DNA of 64,000 bases from a virus: IMG/VR virus record IMGVR_UViG_3300045051_000978, positions 32,001 to 96,000 of that record; one strand, given 5' to 3'. This document shows positions 47,785-55,682 of the stretch, piece after piece. The notes under the pieces were generated by a model that saw nothing but the letters and a program-made list of their open reading frames with translations, ran no database searches and was not told the DNA's origin. Made by a program: the position numbers and the translations under genes. Position 1 is the first letter of the stretch; the number at the start of each line of letters is the position of its first letter.

Positions 47785-48204
47785 TCAACGTGCGCGCAGC
47801 TCCATGCACAAAATCAGCTGCCTGCCGCACTCCGGGCACCAAGCTTGAAACGTCGCTTTCACTTCGTCTTCAGGCTTTGACAGCCGTCGAAAAGCCTTCA
47901 TGTCGAACGGCACTGTGAACCGTGAATGGTACGTGTTTTCAGCCGAAAACAGATGGGCGAACCTACCCGATAAAAAGCCCGTCTGGAGGTAACCAACTTG
48001 TCCGGCCCCTGGTAGTTTGGCTGCGATCTTTGCCGCCCTGTCAAACATGAGCGTGTTGTACCGCTCGTTTTCCATCAGCACGACAGCACGCGAGTGCAAG
48101 CCCCGCAAATCGTGGTCCAGAGACCGAGCTGCCGTCTGAAGCAAAGATCGGTACGAAATAGAAGTAAACCAGCTCAGCGTGAGAGCTGTTCTGTTTACAC
48201 TCAT
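47785..48204 (-). CDS. Hypothetical protein with CxxC
   Basis: ORF track. Confidence 0.5.
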   Translation of the reverse strand: MSVNRTALTLSWFTSISYRSLLQTAARSLDHDLRGLHSRAVVLMENERYNTLMFDRAAKIAAKLPGAGQVGYLQTGFLSGRFAHLFSAENTYHSRFTVPFDMKAFRRLSKPEDEVKATFQAWCPECGRQLILCMELRAR

Positions 48205-48272
48205 GAAATTAGGAGTTGAACGAAAGCGCCGACAGATGCAGATTACCGGAATAGCGTTCGGTTTGTCTACAG

Positions 48273-48746
48273 ATGAAACTCAAGGTCATCATCAGCGGAG
48301 GGCAAACTGGAGCCGACCGCGCCGGTTTGGATTTTGCACGCGAAAACGGGATGTACCACGGCGGCTTTTGTCCGGCCGGCAGGCGTGCAGAAAACGGACG
48401 AATACCAGAACAGTACAAGCTGATCGAGCTGGACACGGACGACTACGCAGTGCGTACCGGCCTGAACGTGCTCATCAGCGACGCAACCGTGATCGTACAC
48501 GCCAACCCGATCACGCCTGGATCGGCGCTGACGATCCGCTGCTGTGAAGAAGCCAATCGGCCCTACCTGCTGATTCCTGTGAACATGGTTCCTCTGGAAG
48601 CAGCTTCAGCCCTCAGGAAATGGGTGTGGGCGCGAAATATCCGAGCGCTGAACGTGGCTGGCTCCCGCGAATCGCGCTGCCCAGGCGTCTACGCCTACAC
48701 GCTCGACATCCTCAATCGAGCGCACGCGATGGATCAGCCCGAATAG
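48273..48746 (+). CDS. SLOG-superfamily ('molybdenum carrier'/YpsA-like) protein
   Basis: KVIISGGQTGADRAGLDFA, HGGFCPAGRRAENG, RTGLNV..SDAT, LNVAGSRES. Confidence 0.85.
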   Translation: MKLKVIISGGQTGADRAGLDFARENGMYHGGFCPAGRRAENGRIPEQYKLIELDTDDYAVRTGLNVLISDATVIVHANPITPGSALTIRCCEEANRPYLLIPVNMVPLEAASALRKWVWARNIRALNVAGSRESRCPGVYAYTLDILNRAHAMDQPE

Positions 48747-48753
48747 TTAGGCC

Positions 48754-49011
48754 GTGAACAGTCTGGTCGCAAAGGTCACAGGCATCAACGAAGCCGCGGA
48801 GCACACGGTGGAAGGCTTCATCGCCATCGGACCTGACGGCCGGGTGTTCAACGGCAACGGGCAGACCGGAGCCTACGTCGTGCGCAGCGCCAATTACCTC
48901 GCCAGGATCGCCTTCCCGGGTTCTGCCATCGTGCCGGTCAAGCTGACGATCCAGGCTGACCCCTCCATCGACCCCGCAGTCCTGGCTCGCGCCATCGAGA
49001 GCATGCGCTAA
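48754..49011 (+). CDS. Small late protein
   Basis: TAGTTA 4 nt upstream; leader MNSLVAKVTGINE. Confidence 0.6.
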   Translation: MNSLVAKVTGINEAAEHTVEGFIAIGPDGRVFNGNGQTGAYVVRSANYLARIAFPGSAIVPVKLTIQADPSIDPAVLARAIESMR

Positions 49012-49162
49012 AACGCGGACGCCCTGCGACCGCGCCCAAGAAACGCAGCCGCAGGGCTCCTTGCATGGCACTCAAACTCCCGCTTACGTCCTAACTACGT
49101 TGGAGCAAATCGTCAACAATTTGCTTGCACCACTACTGTTTTCGCGTATGCCCATGCCCTGC

Positions 49163-49798
49163 ATGAAGCACATTATCCTCAGCCTCCTGATGGCCGCGGC
49201 ATTCTCCGCCAACGCCTCCAACATCACCATCGACACGCTTCCGGCGACTTCCAACGTCGGACCGTTCTCGGACACCTCCATCGCAACCTGGGGCCAGACG
49301 TTCCGCTCTCCTGGAGCTGGCACGCTCGACCGGTTCCGGCTGTCGCTGGACATCGTCGAACCGGGCGAGTTCAAGTTCTACCTCAGCGAGTGGGCCGGCG
49401 ACCGAGCCACCGGAGTCCTGCTCTACGAGAGCATCCTGCTCAGCCCTTCCGCTGGCGATTTCCTCCTCGACGTTCAGCCGAACGTGGCGCTCAAGGCCAA
49501 CACCGACTACGTCGCGTTCGTAAACAATTCGGCGTTCAGGAACACCGGATTGCCCCTGAACGCCGGAATCGACACGGGTGCCAGCTACCTCGGCGGCAAC
49601 CTCTATTTCAACGACAACGGCACATCGTTTCCCGCCTTGTCCGTCTCATCCTGGATTGACGTTGGTCTCGACGCGGCTTTCCGCGCCGACATCACCGTCT
49701 CCACTGTCCCCGAATCCGGAAGCACGACGCTGTACGGTGCGATGGCCCTTGGTGTACTGGCCTGGCTACGGTTCCGTCGGAATCAGCAGCAGGTTTGA
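49163..49798 (+). CDS. PEP-CTERM (VPDSG-like) surface protein
   Basis: Signal peptide MKHIILSLLMAAAFSANA; C-terminal TVPESGST, TM helix, RFRR. Confidence 0.85.
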   Translation: MKHIILSLLMAAAFSANASNITIDTLPATSNVGPFSDTSIATWGQTFRSPGAGTLDRFRLSLDIVEPGEFKFYLSEWAGDRATGVLLYESILLSPSAGDFLLDVQPNVALKANTDYVAFVNNSAFRNTGLPLNAGIDTGASYLGGNLYFNDNGTSFPALSVSSWIDVGLDAAFRADITVSTVPESGSTTLYGAMALGVLAWLRFRRNQQQV

Positions 49799-50200
49799 TG
49801 GCACCCCCTCGACCACGCCGTTCAACGCCGACATCGAGACGAACGTCAACGGCTTACTGCCGCCGGCTACGCCACTCATCAAAACCTTCTGCGCTGTCTT
49901 GGGAAGGTCCACTGAGTTTGTAGCACCACCGCTTCGCCACCAGTACAGGCGATACCCGCTGATTGAAGTGTCTACGGTTTGATCAGGCAGCAAAGGCTGC
50001 GTCCAGGAAAACACCTGAGCACCGCGGCCCACGATGTAGACACCAGACAGGTTTGTAGCGTCCGTCACAGGGACGCTTGGAGCCGCTACCGCAGAGACCG
50101 AGATGACGCGCAACGCGCCTTTCTCGGTCTCTTTCTTTGCCGGAGCAGCCGTCTTGCACCCAACGGCCATCAGGAGCAAGACAAGCGGTAGGAAGCGCAT
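49766..50200 (-). CDS. Lipoprotein with Fn3-like domain
   Basis: MRFLPLVLLLMAVGC; FSW...ISGYRLYW...EGVPSN. Confidence 0.65.
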   Translation of the reverse strand: MRFLPLVLLLMAVGCKTAAPAKKETEKGALRVISVSAVAAPSVPVTDATNLSGVYIVGRGAQVFSWTQPLLPDQTVDTSISGYRLYWWRSGGATNSVDLPKTAQKVLMSGVAGGSKPLTFVSMSALNGVVEGVPSNLLLIPTEP

Positions 50201-50202
50201 GC

Positions 50203-50817
50203 TCAGTTGCGGCGCACGTTGACGGACGCCGGGATGCGGAGGTTGAGCGCAGCGCTCTGCGCGGACTCAAGGCTGTTCGTGCCGACGGCTGAAACCTGCA
50301 CGGCGTAGAGCACTCCGGGCACGAGGGACGGCAGATCGATCACCACAGGTGACGCTGTTCCACGTGGAACGGTGAGCATCAGCACGCCGTTCGTAGACAC
50401 CTTGAAACTGCCCACCGAGGTGTCGGCGTACGGAAACGTGACGCCAGCCTTACCGCGCCCACGGTTTGCTGCGGCAAGCGACACAGGAACCGCCGGAGGC
50501 TGCGGCGTTGCTACCGTCGCCGAAACTTCGTTCGAGAACTCCGACTCCAGCCCGGCCGAGTTGAACGCGGTGACTGCGAAGTAGGTGGTGATGTCGTAGA
50601 AGACGTTGGTGACTGTATACGTCGTCACCAAACCCAGCGTGACGGTGTTCGTGTAATTCCGAGAGGCCGTACCGTAGTAGACCTTGTACCCTGCCAGATC
50701 GGGCTCCGTGTTCGCGTCCCACGCGAGACCCACCGAGGCAGCATTGATTTTCGGGCCAATGAGAATGGCCACGAAAAGCGTAAACAACAGGACAACTTTG
50801 TTGGTAATGTTCTTCAT
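50203..50817 (-). CDS. Secreted protein with two Fn3 domains
   Basis: Signal peptide; VGLAWDANTEPDLAGYKVYYG...YFAVTAFN.AGLES.FSNEV; second unit LVPGVLYAVQVSAV. Confidence 0.85.
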   Translation of the reverse strand: MKNITNKVVLLFTLFVAILIGPKINAASVGLAWDANTEPDLAGYKVYYGTASRNYTNTVTLGLVTTYTVTNVFYDITTYFAVTAFNSAGLESEFSNEVSATVATPQPPAVPVSLAAANRGRGKAGVTFPYADTSVGSFKVSTNGVLMLTVPRGTASPVVIDLPSLVPGVLYAVQVSAVGTNSLESAQSAALNLRIPASVNVRRN

Positions 50818-50865
50818 GGGCAAAGTGGGCCGTGGTTTGCGGCCCTGCCCTAAGTAGAACCCAAC

Positions 50866-51120
50866 TCAGCCGTGCAGTATTTGCGGCCCCAACGTAGCGC
50901 CCATCACGCGAGGCGGCTCAGGAAGGTCAAGCGGTCTGAGCGCTATCCGCACCATCACCTGCGCATAGCTGCTGTTGAATGTGTTCTGGAGCATCTCTCC
51001 CTGAAGCGTCCAGCCCTTGGCCAGAAGGGCGTTTACCCCTGTCTCGAAGTCCTCGGCGGTTGCGGCGCGCACGATCTTCAGCTCTACGGGTTGCGGATGC
51101 AGCGGCATGTTCATGCTCAC
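50866..51120 (-). CDS. DUF1737-like small protein
   Basis: FETGVNALLAKGWTLQG...YAQVMV. Confidence 0.7.
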   Translation of the reverse strand: MSMNMPLHPQPVELKIVRAATAEDFETGVNALLAKGWTLQGEMLQNTFNSSYAQVMVRIALRPLDLPEPPRVMGATLGPQILHG

Positions 51121-51799
51121 GTAGAACCGACTTGGCGCGAATCTTCCGCCGAAGCTTGTCCAAAATCCGACCGTGCATCTGGCATACGGCAGCCAGCGTT
51201 ACCCCGAAGTGGTTGGCGATAGCCTCGAACGTCGAATCGTGCATGTAGCGCTGAATCAAGACGTAGCGCTCGCGCTCAGAAAGGTCGTCGAGATAAGGAG
51301 CCAGGGACCGAAGCTCGTCGCTGAGTTCGACGGCAGCGCTGGGCGTCGGCCGGTCGTCTGGCAACACCTCTTCCGGGGCGACTCCGTGGCAATAGGTGTC
51401 GATCAGCTTGAACAGCTCGACTTCAGACTCCGGCAGGCTGAGCAGCTCGCCGATCACGTCATGCGCGACATCCGCGCCGCGCAGCTGCTGAATCGTCTGC
51501 CTGTGCTCGTCGTACCGGTTGAAGCGCTCCAGCTCAGATCGCGTGAAGAAGCTCTGCCGGCGAAGCTCGTCGTAGATCGCGCCTCGAATTCTGAGGGCCG
51601 CGTACGCCTTGAAAGTTGCTGGATTACCTCCAACGCCTCGAACCGCCGCCTTCCACAGCCCTACGAGCCCTGCCGAGCGTAGCGCCTCAATGTCCAGCGA
51701 CCCTACCTGGCTGAGGCCCGAGATCACGTTCTGAGTGACCCCAAGCGCGTACCTGTAGTATTCCTCGAATAGGCGCTCAGCCTCGACGTTCGGCTGCAC
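50927..51799 (-). CDS. RNA polymerase sigma factor, FliA/WhiG (sigma28)-like
   Basis: SAGLVGLWKAA, FKAYAALRIRGAIYDELR (region 2), LSERERYVL..RY..TFEAIANHFGVT...VCQMH (region 4). Confidence 0.9.
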   Translation of the reverse strand: MQPNVEAERLFEEYYRYALGVTQNVISGLSQVGSLDIEALRSAGLVGLWKAAVRGVGGNPATFKAYAALRIRGAIYDELRRQSFFTRSELERFNRYDEHRQTIQQLRGADVAHDVIGELLSLPESEVELFKLIDTYCHGVAPEEVLPDDRPTPSAAVELSDELRSLAPYLDDLSERERYVLIQRYMHDSTFEAIANHFGVTLAAVCQMHGRILDKLRRKIRAKSVLREHEHAAASATRRAEDRARRNRRGLRDRGKRPSGQGLDASGRDAPEHIQQQLCAGDGADSAQTA

Positions 51800-51807
51800 G
51801 CCATAAC

Positions 51808-53157
51808 CTACGCATGGGGATCGGCCAAAACGCCAGTGGTAAACGTCTTCTCAACGCTGGTGCGCCCTTCGGAGTAGAGCGCCAGCGGAATGCGAAGCCC
51901 GACCGAGAACAGGTTCGCAAGGTCGTCCGTTTTGAGATTTTCGACGCGGCAGGACGTGATCGGACGCACACGTTCCAGCTGCGCAGACTGACGTTTACGC
52001 GCTTCCAGGTCGTCAGCGTCGAGCGGCTTGAGGGCGAACGGCTGCGAACTGCGAAGGCCCTCGGTAAGGCGAAAATCACCCACGCGAGCAATCTGGTCGA
52101 GGCAGGTCACTGCCAGCGCGTCGAGCCCGCCGTTTGTCTTGGCGACATCGATGCTGTACCGGAGGATGTCCAGGTTCCACCAGCCGCAGCGAAGCTTGCT
52201 CTGCCACGGATTCTCGGGGTTGTACTCGTCCGGCAGCGCCTGCGTAAGCAGATCATCCTGACCTACAAAAGGCCCGGCTCCGTGGCGTGTGGCGTAGGCG
52301 CGGATGACTCCGATGACCGTCCGTGGGCACCTGACCTCAGCTTCGTCCAGGACGACGTGCGCGTTGCGCGCCGTGGTGGTGGACCAAGTCGTGTACGGAT
52401 GGAATCCGTAATTCTCGTCGAGGAGAACGCCCTGGGCACCCTCCATGATCGCCGTATCGTACCGGTTGAGCAGCTCCGCAACCTCCATCGGATCGTTCAG
52501 GATCGTGACCTTCTGGCCCCAGGCCACGTAGCGCTGGACCAGGTCTGAAACAGGCACGTCCATGGTGCTCAACTCCTTGACAACGATCTTGTTGGTCAGA
52601 TCGAGCGGAAAGCGCCCCACAGTCTGCCGCATCACGGTTCGCAGGTGCTGAAGCTTGGTTTCAAGCAACTCAGGCTGAAGAACATCTTCGATCACCGGAG
52701 CCATGGTGAGCGCCGCGGTGGCGTAGGCGACCGTCTCGCCGATGCCCATACCGCAGCTGCCGTGCCGGTTGTCGCCGCGGGCCAGCTCGCGCAGCCGGTT
52801 GGCCATCCGGTGGTAGGGCGTGGTCATCAGGCACCGGCCGTCCACGTACATGCGGTTGAACGCTCCGGTGACGCCTTGCTTCACGAGGTGAGCTTCCTCG
52901 TGGACCATCGCCAGCGGGTTGACCAGACACGGCCCGGCCAGGAGCGTCCGGCACCCTGGAACAAACGTCCCTGAGCCGAACTGCGCGAAGCAGTGGTGCT
53001 TCCCTGAGATCGCATCGACGACGTTATGGCCGGCTTGGGCTCCTCCGTTGAAACGGACGACCAGCTCGGCTCCGTACCGGCGCACCAGGGCATCCACCAC
53101 GGTGCCCTTGCCGGAGTCTCCGTATCCCAGGTCAACGACGACGAACGCGTTTTTCAC
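51808..53157 (-). CDS. purA: Adenylosuccinate synthetase-like protein (divergent PurA clade)
   Basis: DLGYGDSGKG, RFNGGAQAGHNV, HGSCGMGIGET, EGAQGVLLD, YATRHGAGPF, TCLD. Confidence 0.85.
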   Translation of the reverse strand: MKNAFVVVDLGYGDSGKGTVVDALVRRYGAELVVRFNGGAQAGHNVVDAISGKHHCFAQFGSGTFVPGCRTLLAGPCLVNPLAMVHEEAHLVKQGVTGAFNRMYVDGRCLMTTPYHRMANRLRELARGDNRHGSCGMGIGETVAYATAALTMAPVIEDVLQPELLETKLQHLRTVMRQTVGRFPLDLTNKIVVKELSTMDVPVSDLVQRYVAWGQKVTILNDPMEVAELLNRYDTAIMEGAQGVLLDENYGFHPYTTWSTTTARNAHVVLDEAEVRCPRTVIGVIRAYATRHGAGPFVGQDDLLTQALPDEYNPENPWQSKLRCGWWNLDILRYSIDVAKTNGGLDALAVTCLDQIARVGDFRLTEGLRSSQPFALKPLDADDLEARKRQSAQLERVRPITSCRVENLKTDDLANLFSVGLRIPLALYSEGRTSVEKTFTTGVLADPHA

Positions 53158-53314
53158 GGTAGCTCACTCGATCAGGTTCAAAGTTCAACTCACGCCGCGT
53201 CATGTTGCGCACTTCGGCGTCCGCATGCAAAATCGATTCCGCAGTCACCTCGCCCTCCATCTTCACCTTGACGCCTCCGGATTTGCCGGTGGCGCGGAAG
53301 GCGTATCGTTTCAA
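53132..53314 (-). CDS. Small hypothetical protein
   Basis: TTG start overlaps the upstream TGA. Confidence 0.4.
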   Translation of the reverse strand: MKRYAFRATGKSGGVKVKMEGEVTAESILHADAEVRNMTRRELNFEPDRVSYREKRVRRR

Positions 53315-53670
53315 AACGGGTGCAGCTCCATCTCCATCTCGTCGATCTGTTGGCATAGGTCAAAGTAGCGTTCGGTCCATTTCAGATCACCGCGTTTACA
53401 CCCGAGCGAGTTCACCTCGCAGGTGTGTCGAGTGCAGATCGGTCGAAGATGAGGGAGCACCGTACACCCGGCCGGTCCCATGAACGGCAGCCGAGGATGA
53501 CCTGTTCGCGCCAGGGTGACGCCCCACTTCTCCTGCGCCCAGCGCTCCGCTTCACGGCAGTATTCGGCACCGCAGCACGAGTTGGGTACTCGACACGCAG
53601 CGCACTCCGGCCGCGTCAGGTCCGACAGCTGGCGGTACAGCTCAACCAGCTGCTCTTCGCCAGGGCTCAT
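53311..53670 (-). CDS. Cys-cluster (CxxC...CC) metal-binding protein
   Basis: CAAC...SCC...C; GCTV..HLRPICTRHTC. Confidence 0.65.
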   Translation of the reverse strand: MSPGEEQLVELYRQLSDLTRPECAACRVPNSCCGAEYCREAERWAQEKWGVTLARTGHPRLPFMGPAGCTVLPHLRPICTRHTCEVNSLGCKRGDLKWTERYFDLCQQIDEMEMELHPF

Positions 53671-53972
53671 ACCGACTTGATGAAGCTGGAAATATCCCTG
53701 ACCAACCGCAATTGATCCTCGGGGAATTTTTCCAAGGTGCGTTCATCGGCAACCTCCAGGTCCTTCTCGCCGTATACCAAAATCGCGCCGCAACGACCGC
53801 AGACCGACAGGTCACCCGGCTTAGGTGAAACCTTGTCAGCATCAGTGACCGCTGTCGCGCCGTCCATCTTGACCAAGCACACCGGGCACTCGTACCACTT
53901 TGTTTTCACGGAGTGCTCCGCGACAACGATGACGCGCTTTTCAGGGCGCATCGGTCCAGTGGGGTCTCTCAT
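53667..53972 (-). CDS. Zinc-finger protein
   Basis: CPVC...PKPGDLSVCGRCG; TTGAAA-17-TAAACT promoter upstream. Confidence 0.65.
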   Translation of the reverse strand: MRDPTGPMRPEKRVIVVAEHSVKTKWYECPVCLVKMDGATAVTDADKVSPKPGDLSVCGRCGAILVYGEKDLEVADERTLEKFPEDQLRLVRDISSFIKSV

Positions 53973-54011
53973 TGTTTACAGTTTACGCATCAGTGCCTTC
54001 AGTTTCAATAC

Positions 54012-54040
54012 AAAACGGCCCCAGGTTTCCCTGGGGCCGT
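54012..54040 (-). terminator. Intrinsic terminator after the vWA gene
   Basis: ACGGCCCCAGG/CCTGGGGCCGT stem followed by TTT. Confidence 0.75.
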
Positions 54041-54092
54041 AGTGCTGAACAAGCCAACCGACCAAGCTGCCTGGAAGCCGACCAGGCAAAGA

Positions 54093-55100
54093 CTACAACC
54101 GCGGCGTGCGCTTGCCGGCGGTCTCGACCAGGGTTCCGCCCGTGACCTTGGCACCCTTCACCACGCTCTTGGTGCCTGCATACGTCGCCAGCGCCGTCGA
54201 AGCAGCAGCGACCGCCGCGGCCGACAGGCCGACATCCTTCAGCGCCGTGCCGACCTCGTCCAGCTCGTAGCCCTCGCAGAGCCCGATGGTCGTCGTGATG
54301 GTCTCCACAACCGTACCGGCATCAGCCATCTTGATCAGGTTCTGGCCGAACATCTCCTTCAACGGCTCGACCACTTTGGGATCATTGAAATGGCTCGTGC
54401 CTCCTGGCAGCAGCCAGAACACCTCGAAGCGCTCGCGCAGCTCCGCCAGGATGGACGGCGTGGGAATCGGTTCGCCGATGTCGTCGCCGATGACCTTCTT
54501 CACCTCGGCAGGGCTGACCTGCTTGTACGGCAACTCGTCACCAAGGAAAAAGGCGTAGCCCTTCTTGCCCCGCTTGTTGACGCTGTCCAGATCGGTGTGC
54601 CGCGCCAGGAAGTACATGCCCAGCTCGTAGGACTCCGTGTGCTGCCCGCCGCCGTTGCCCTCCAGGAAGATGTTGGTCAACGCCGCATCCATCTCGTTGC
54701 CGGCCTCGAACTGCCCGACCTGGAGGGGCACCTCGTCGCTCTTCGCGTCGCCGATGGCACCGAAGAGAATGTGCGGATGCTCGATGAAGCCGCGCTTCAC
54801 CAGGGCAGCCATCAGCTTGCCGAGTTTTTCGACGAAAACACGCGGCGTGTTCGCCATGGACCCGGTCACGTCGAACATGATCGCGACCGGGATCGAGTTG
54901 GGATGAACGTCACTGTCGAACGACTCCCGAATGACCTTGCCTGCCTTGTTCTTGCGTGACGGATCGAGGGTTTCGTGCAAGGAAGACGCTGCCGTGCCTG
55001 CCCTGACGGCAGCAGTATGTGCGAACACATCCGCTCCGGTTGATTTCGCCGTCGTGAGACGGGCCGAATAGACTGCATCACTGTAGCTGGAACCACCCAT
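54093..55100 (-). CDS. vWA-domain protein
   Basis: MIDAS FDVTGSM, AIGDA, EGNGGGQ..ESY, FFLGDE; SD AGGAG. Confidence 0.85.
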   Translation of the reverse strand: MGGSSYSDAVYSARLTTAKSTGADVFAHTAAVRAGTAASSLHETLDPSRKNKAGKVIRESFDSDVHPNSIPVAIMFDVTGSMANTPRVFVEKLGKLMAALVKRGFIEHPHILFGAIGDAKSDEVPLQVGQFEAGNEMDAALTNIFLEGNGGGQHTESYELGMYFLARHTDLDSVNKRGKKGYAFFLGDELPYKQVSPAEVKKVIGDDIGEPIPTPSILAELRERFEVFWLLPGGTSHFNDPKVVEPLKEMFGQNLIKMADAGTVVETITTTIGLCEGYELDEVGTALKDVGLSAAAVAAASTALATYAGTKSVVKGAKVTGGTLVETAGKRTPRL

Positions 55101-55129
55101 GGGTATCTCCTCTTCTGGTTGTTGACGGT

Positions 55130-55678
55130 TTACTGACGAGACTGAAAAATCGTAGACAGCGTAAGCGCGCCATCAGGGATGGGAGGCAGGTTGGGAGGCT
55201 CAGGACGCTCGGTCTCCAGATTGGCAGCAGCGCGTTCCTCGTCCCGCTTCTGATCCTCAAGCGCCCGGTTGTTCTGGTACGCCCAATGACCTGGCACGTA
55301 CTCGACGAAATGAACGTTCGGGCCAGAAAAAGGAAACCGGTCAGGTCCGCTACCGCCCAGGACCATCAGCTGACCCTCGGCTGCGCGCTTCAGCTGCACC
55401 TCGGCCAGAAGAGCATCGACAGCCCCCGGCGGCACCATGCGGCTGTCGATGCAGGCCACGCCAAAAGGCAGGTCCTTGAACTCCATCGCGAAGAACTCCA
55501 GGAACTGGTTGCGCGGAGTCTGCGGCCTGAAGTAGCGCCATTCGAGCGCTGTCACGAAGTGCAAGAAACCGGCACGGAGAGCCATGCCGACGTAGCACTG
55601 AATGTGTGGGTTTTGCTGAACAGCGCGCACCGCTGGCATCAGCGGGCTTTCAATCACGCCGGACATGTCTTTGAACAT
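55130..55678 (-). CDS. Hypothetical protein
   Basis: Between the kinase and vWA genes; start re-called to MFKDMSG. Confidence 0.55.
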   Translation of the reverse strand: MFKDMSGVIESPLMPAVRAVQQNPHIQCYVGMALRAGFLHFVTALEWRYFRPQTPRNQFLEFFAMEFKDLPFGVACIDSRMVPPGAVDALLAEVQLKRAAEGQLMVLGGSGPDRFPFSGPNVHFVEYVPGHWAYQNNRALEDQKRDEERAAANLETERPEPPNLPPIPDGALTLSTIFQSRQ

Positions 55679-55682
55679 AGAT

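Noticed and set aside
51808-53157. PurZ (2-aminoadenine DNA pathway)
   Set aside because: The catalytic Asp of PurA is kept (GDSGKG) rather than the PurZ GSTGKG, and no clear DatZ/MazZ partner is adjacent.
53976-54095. Readthrough extension of the vWA gene past its TAG
   Set aside because: The open stretch crosses a terminator hairpin and the next promoter; likely chance in GC-rich DNA.
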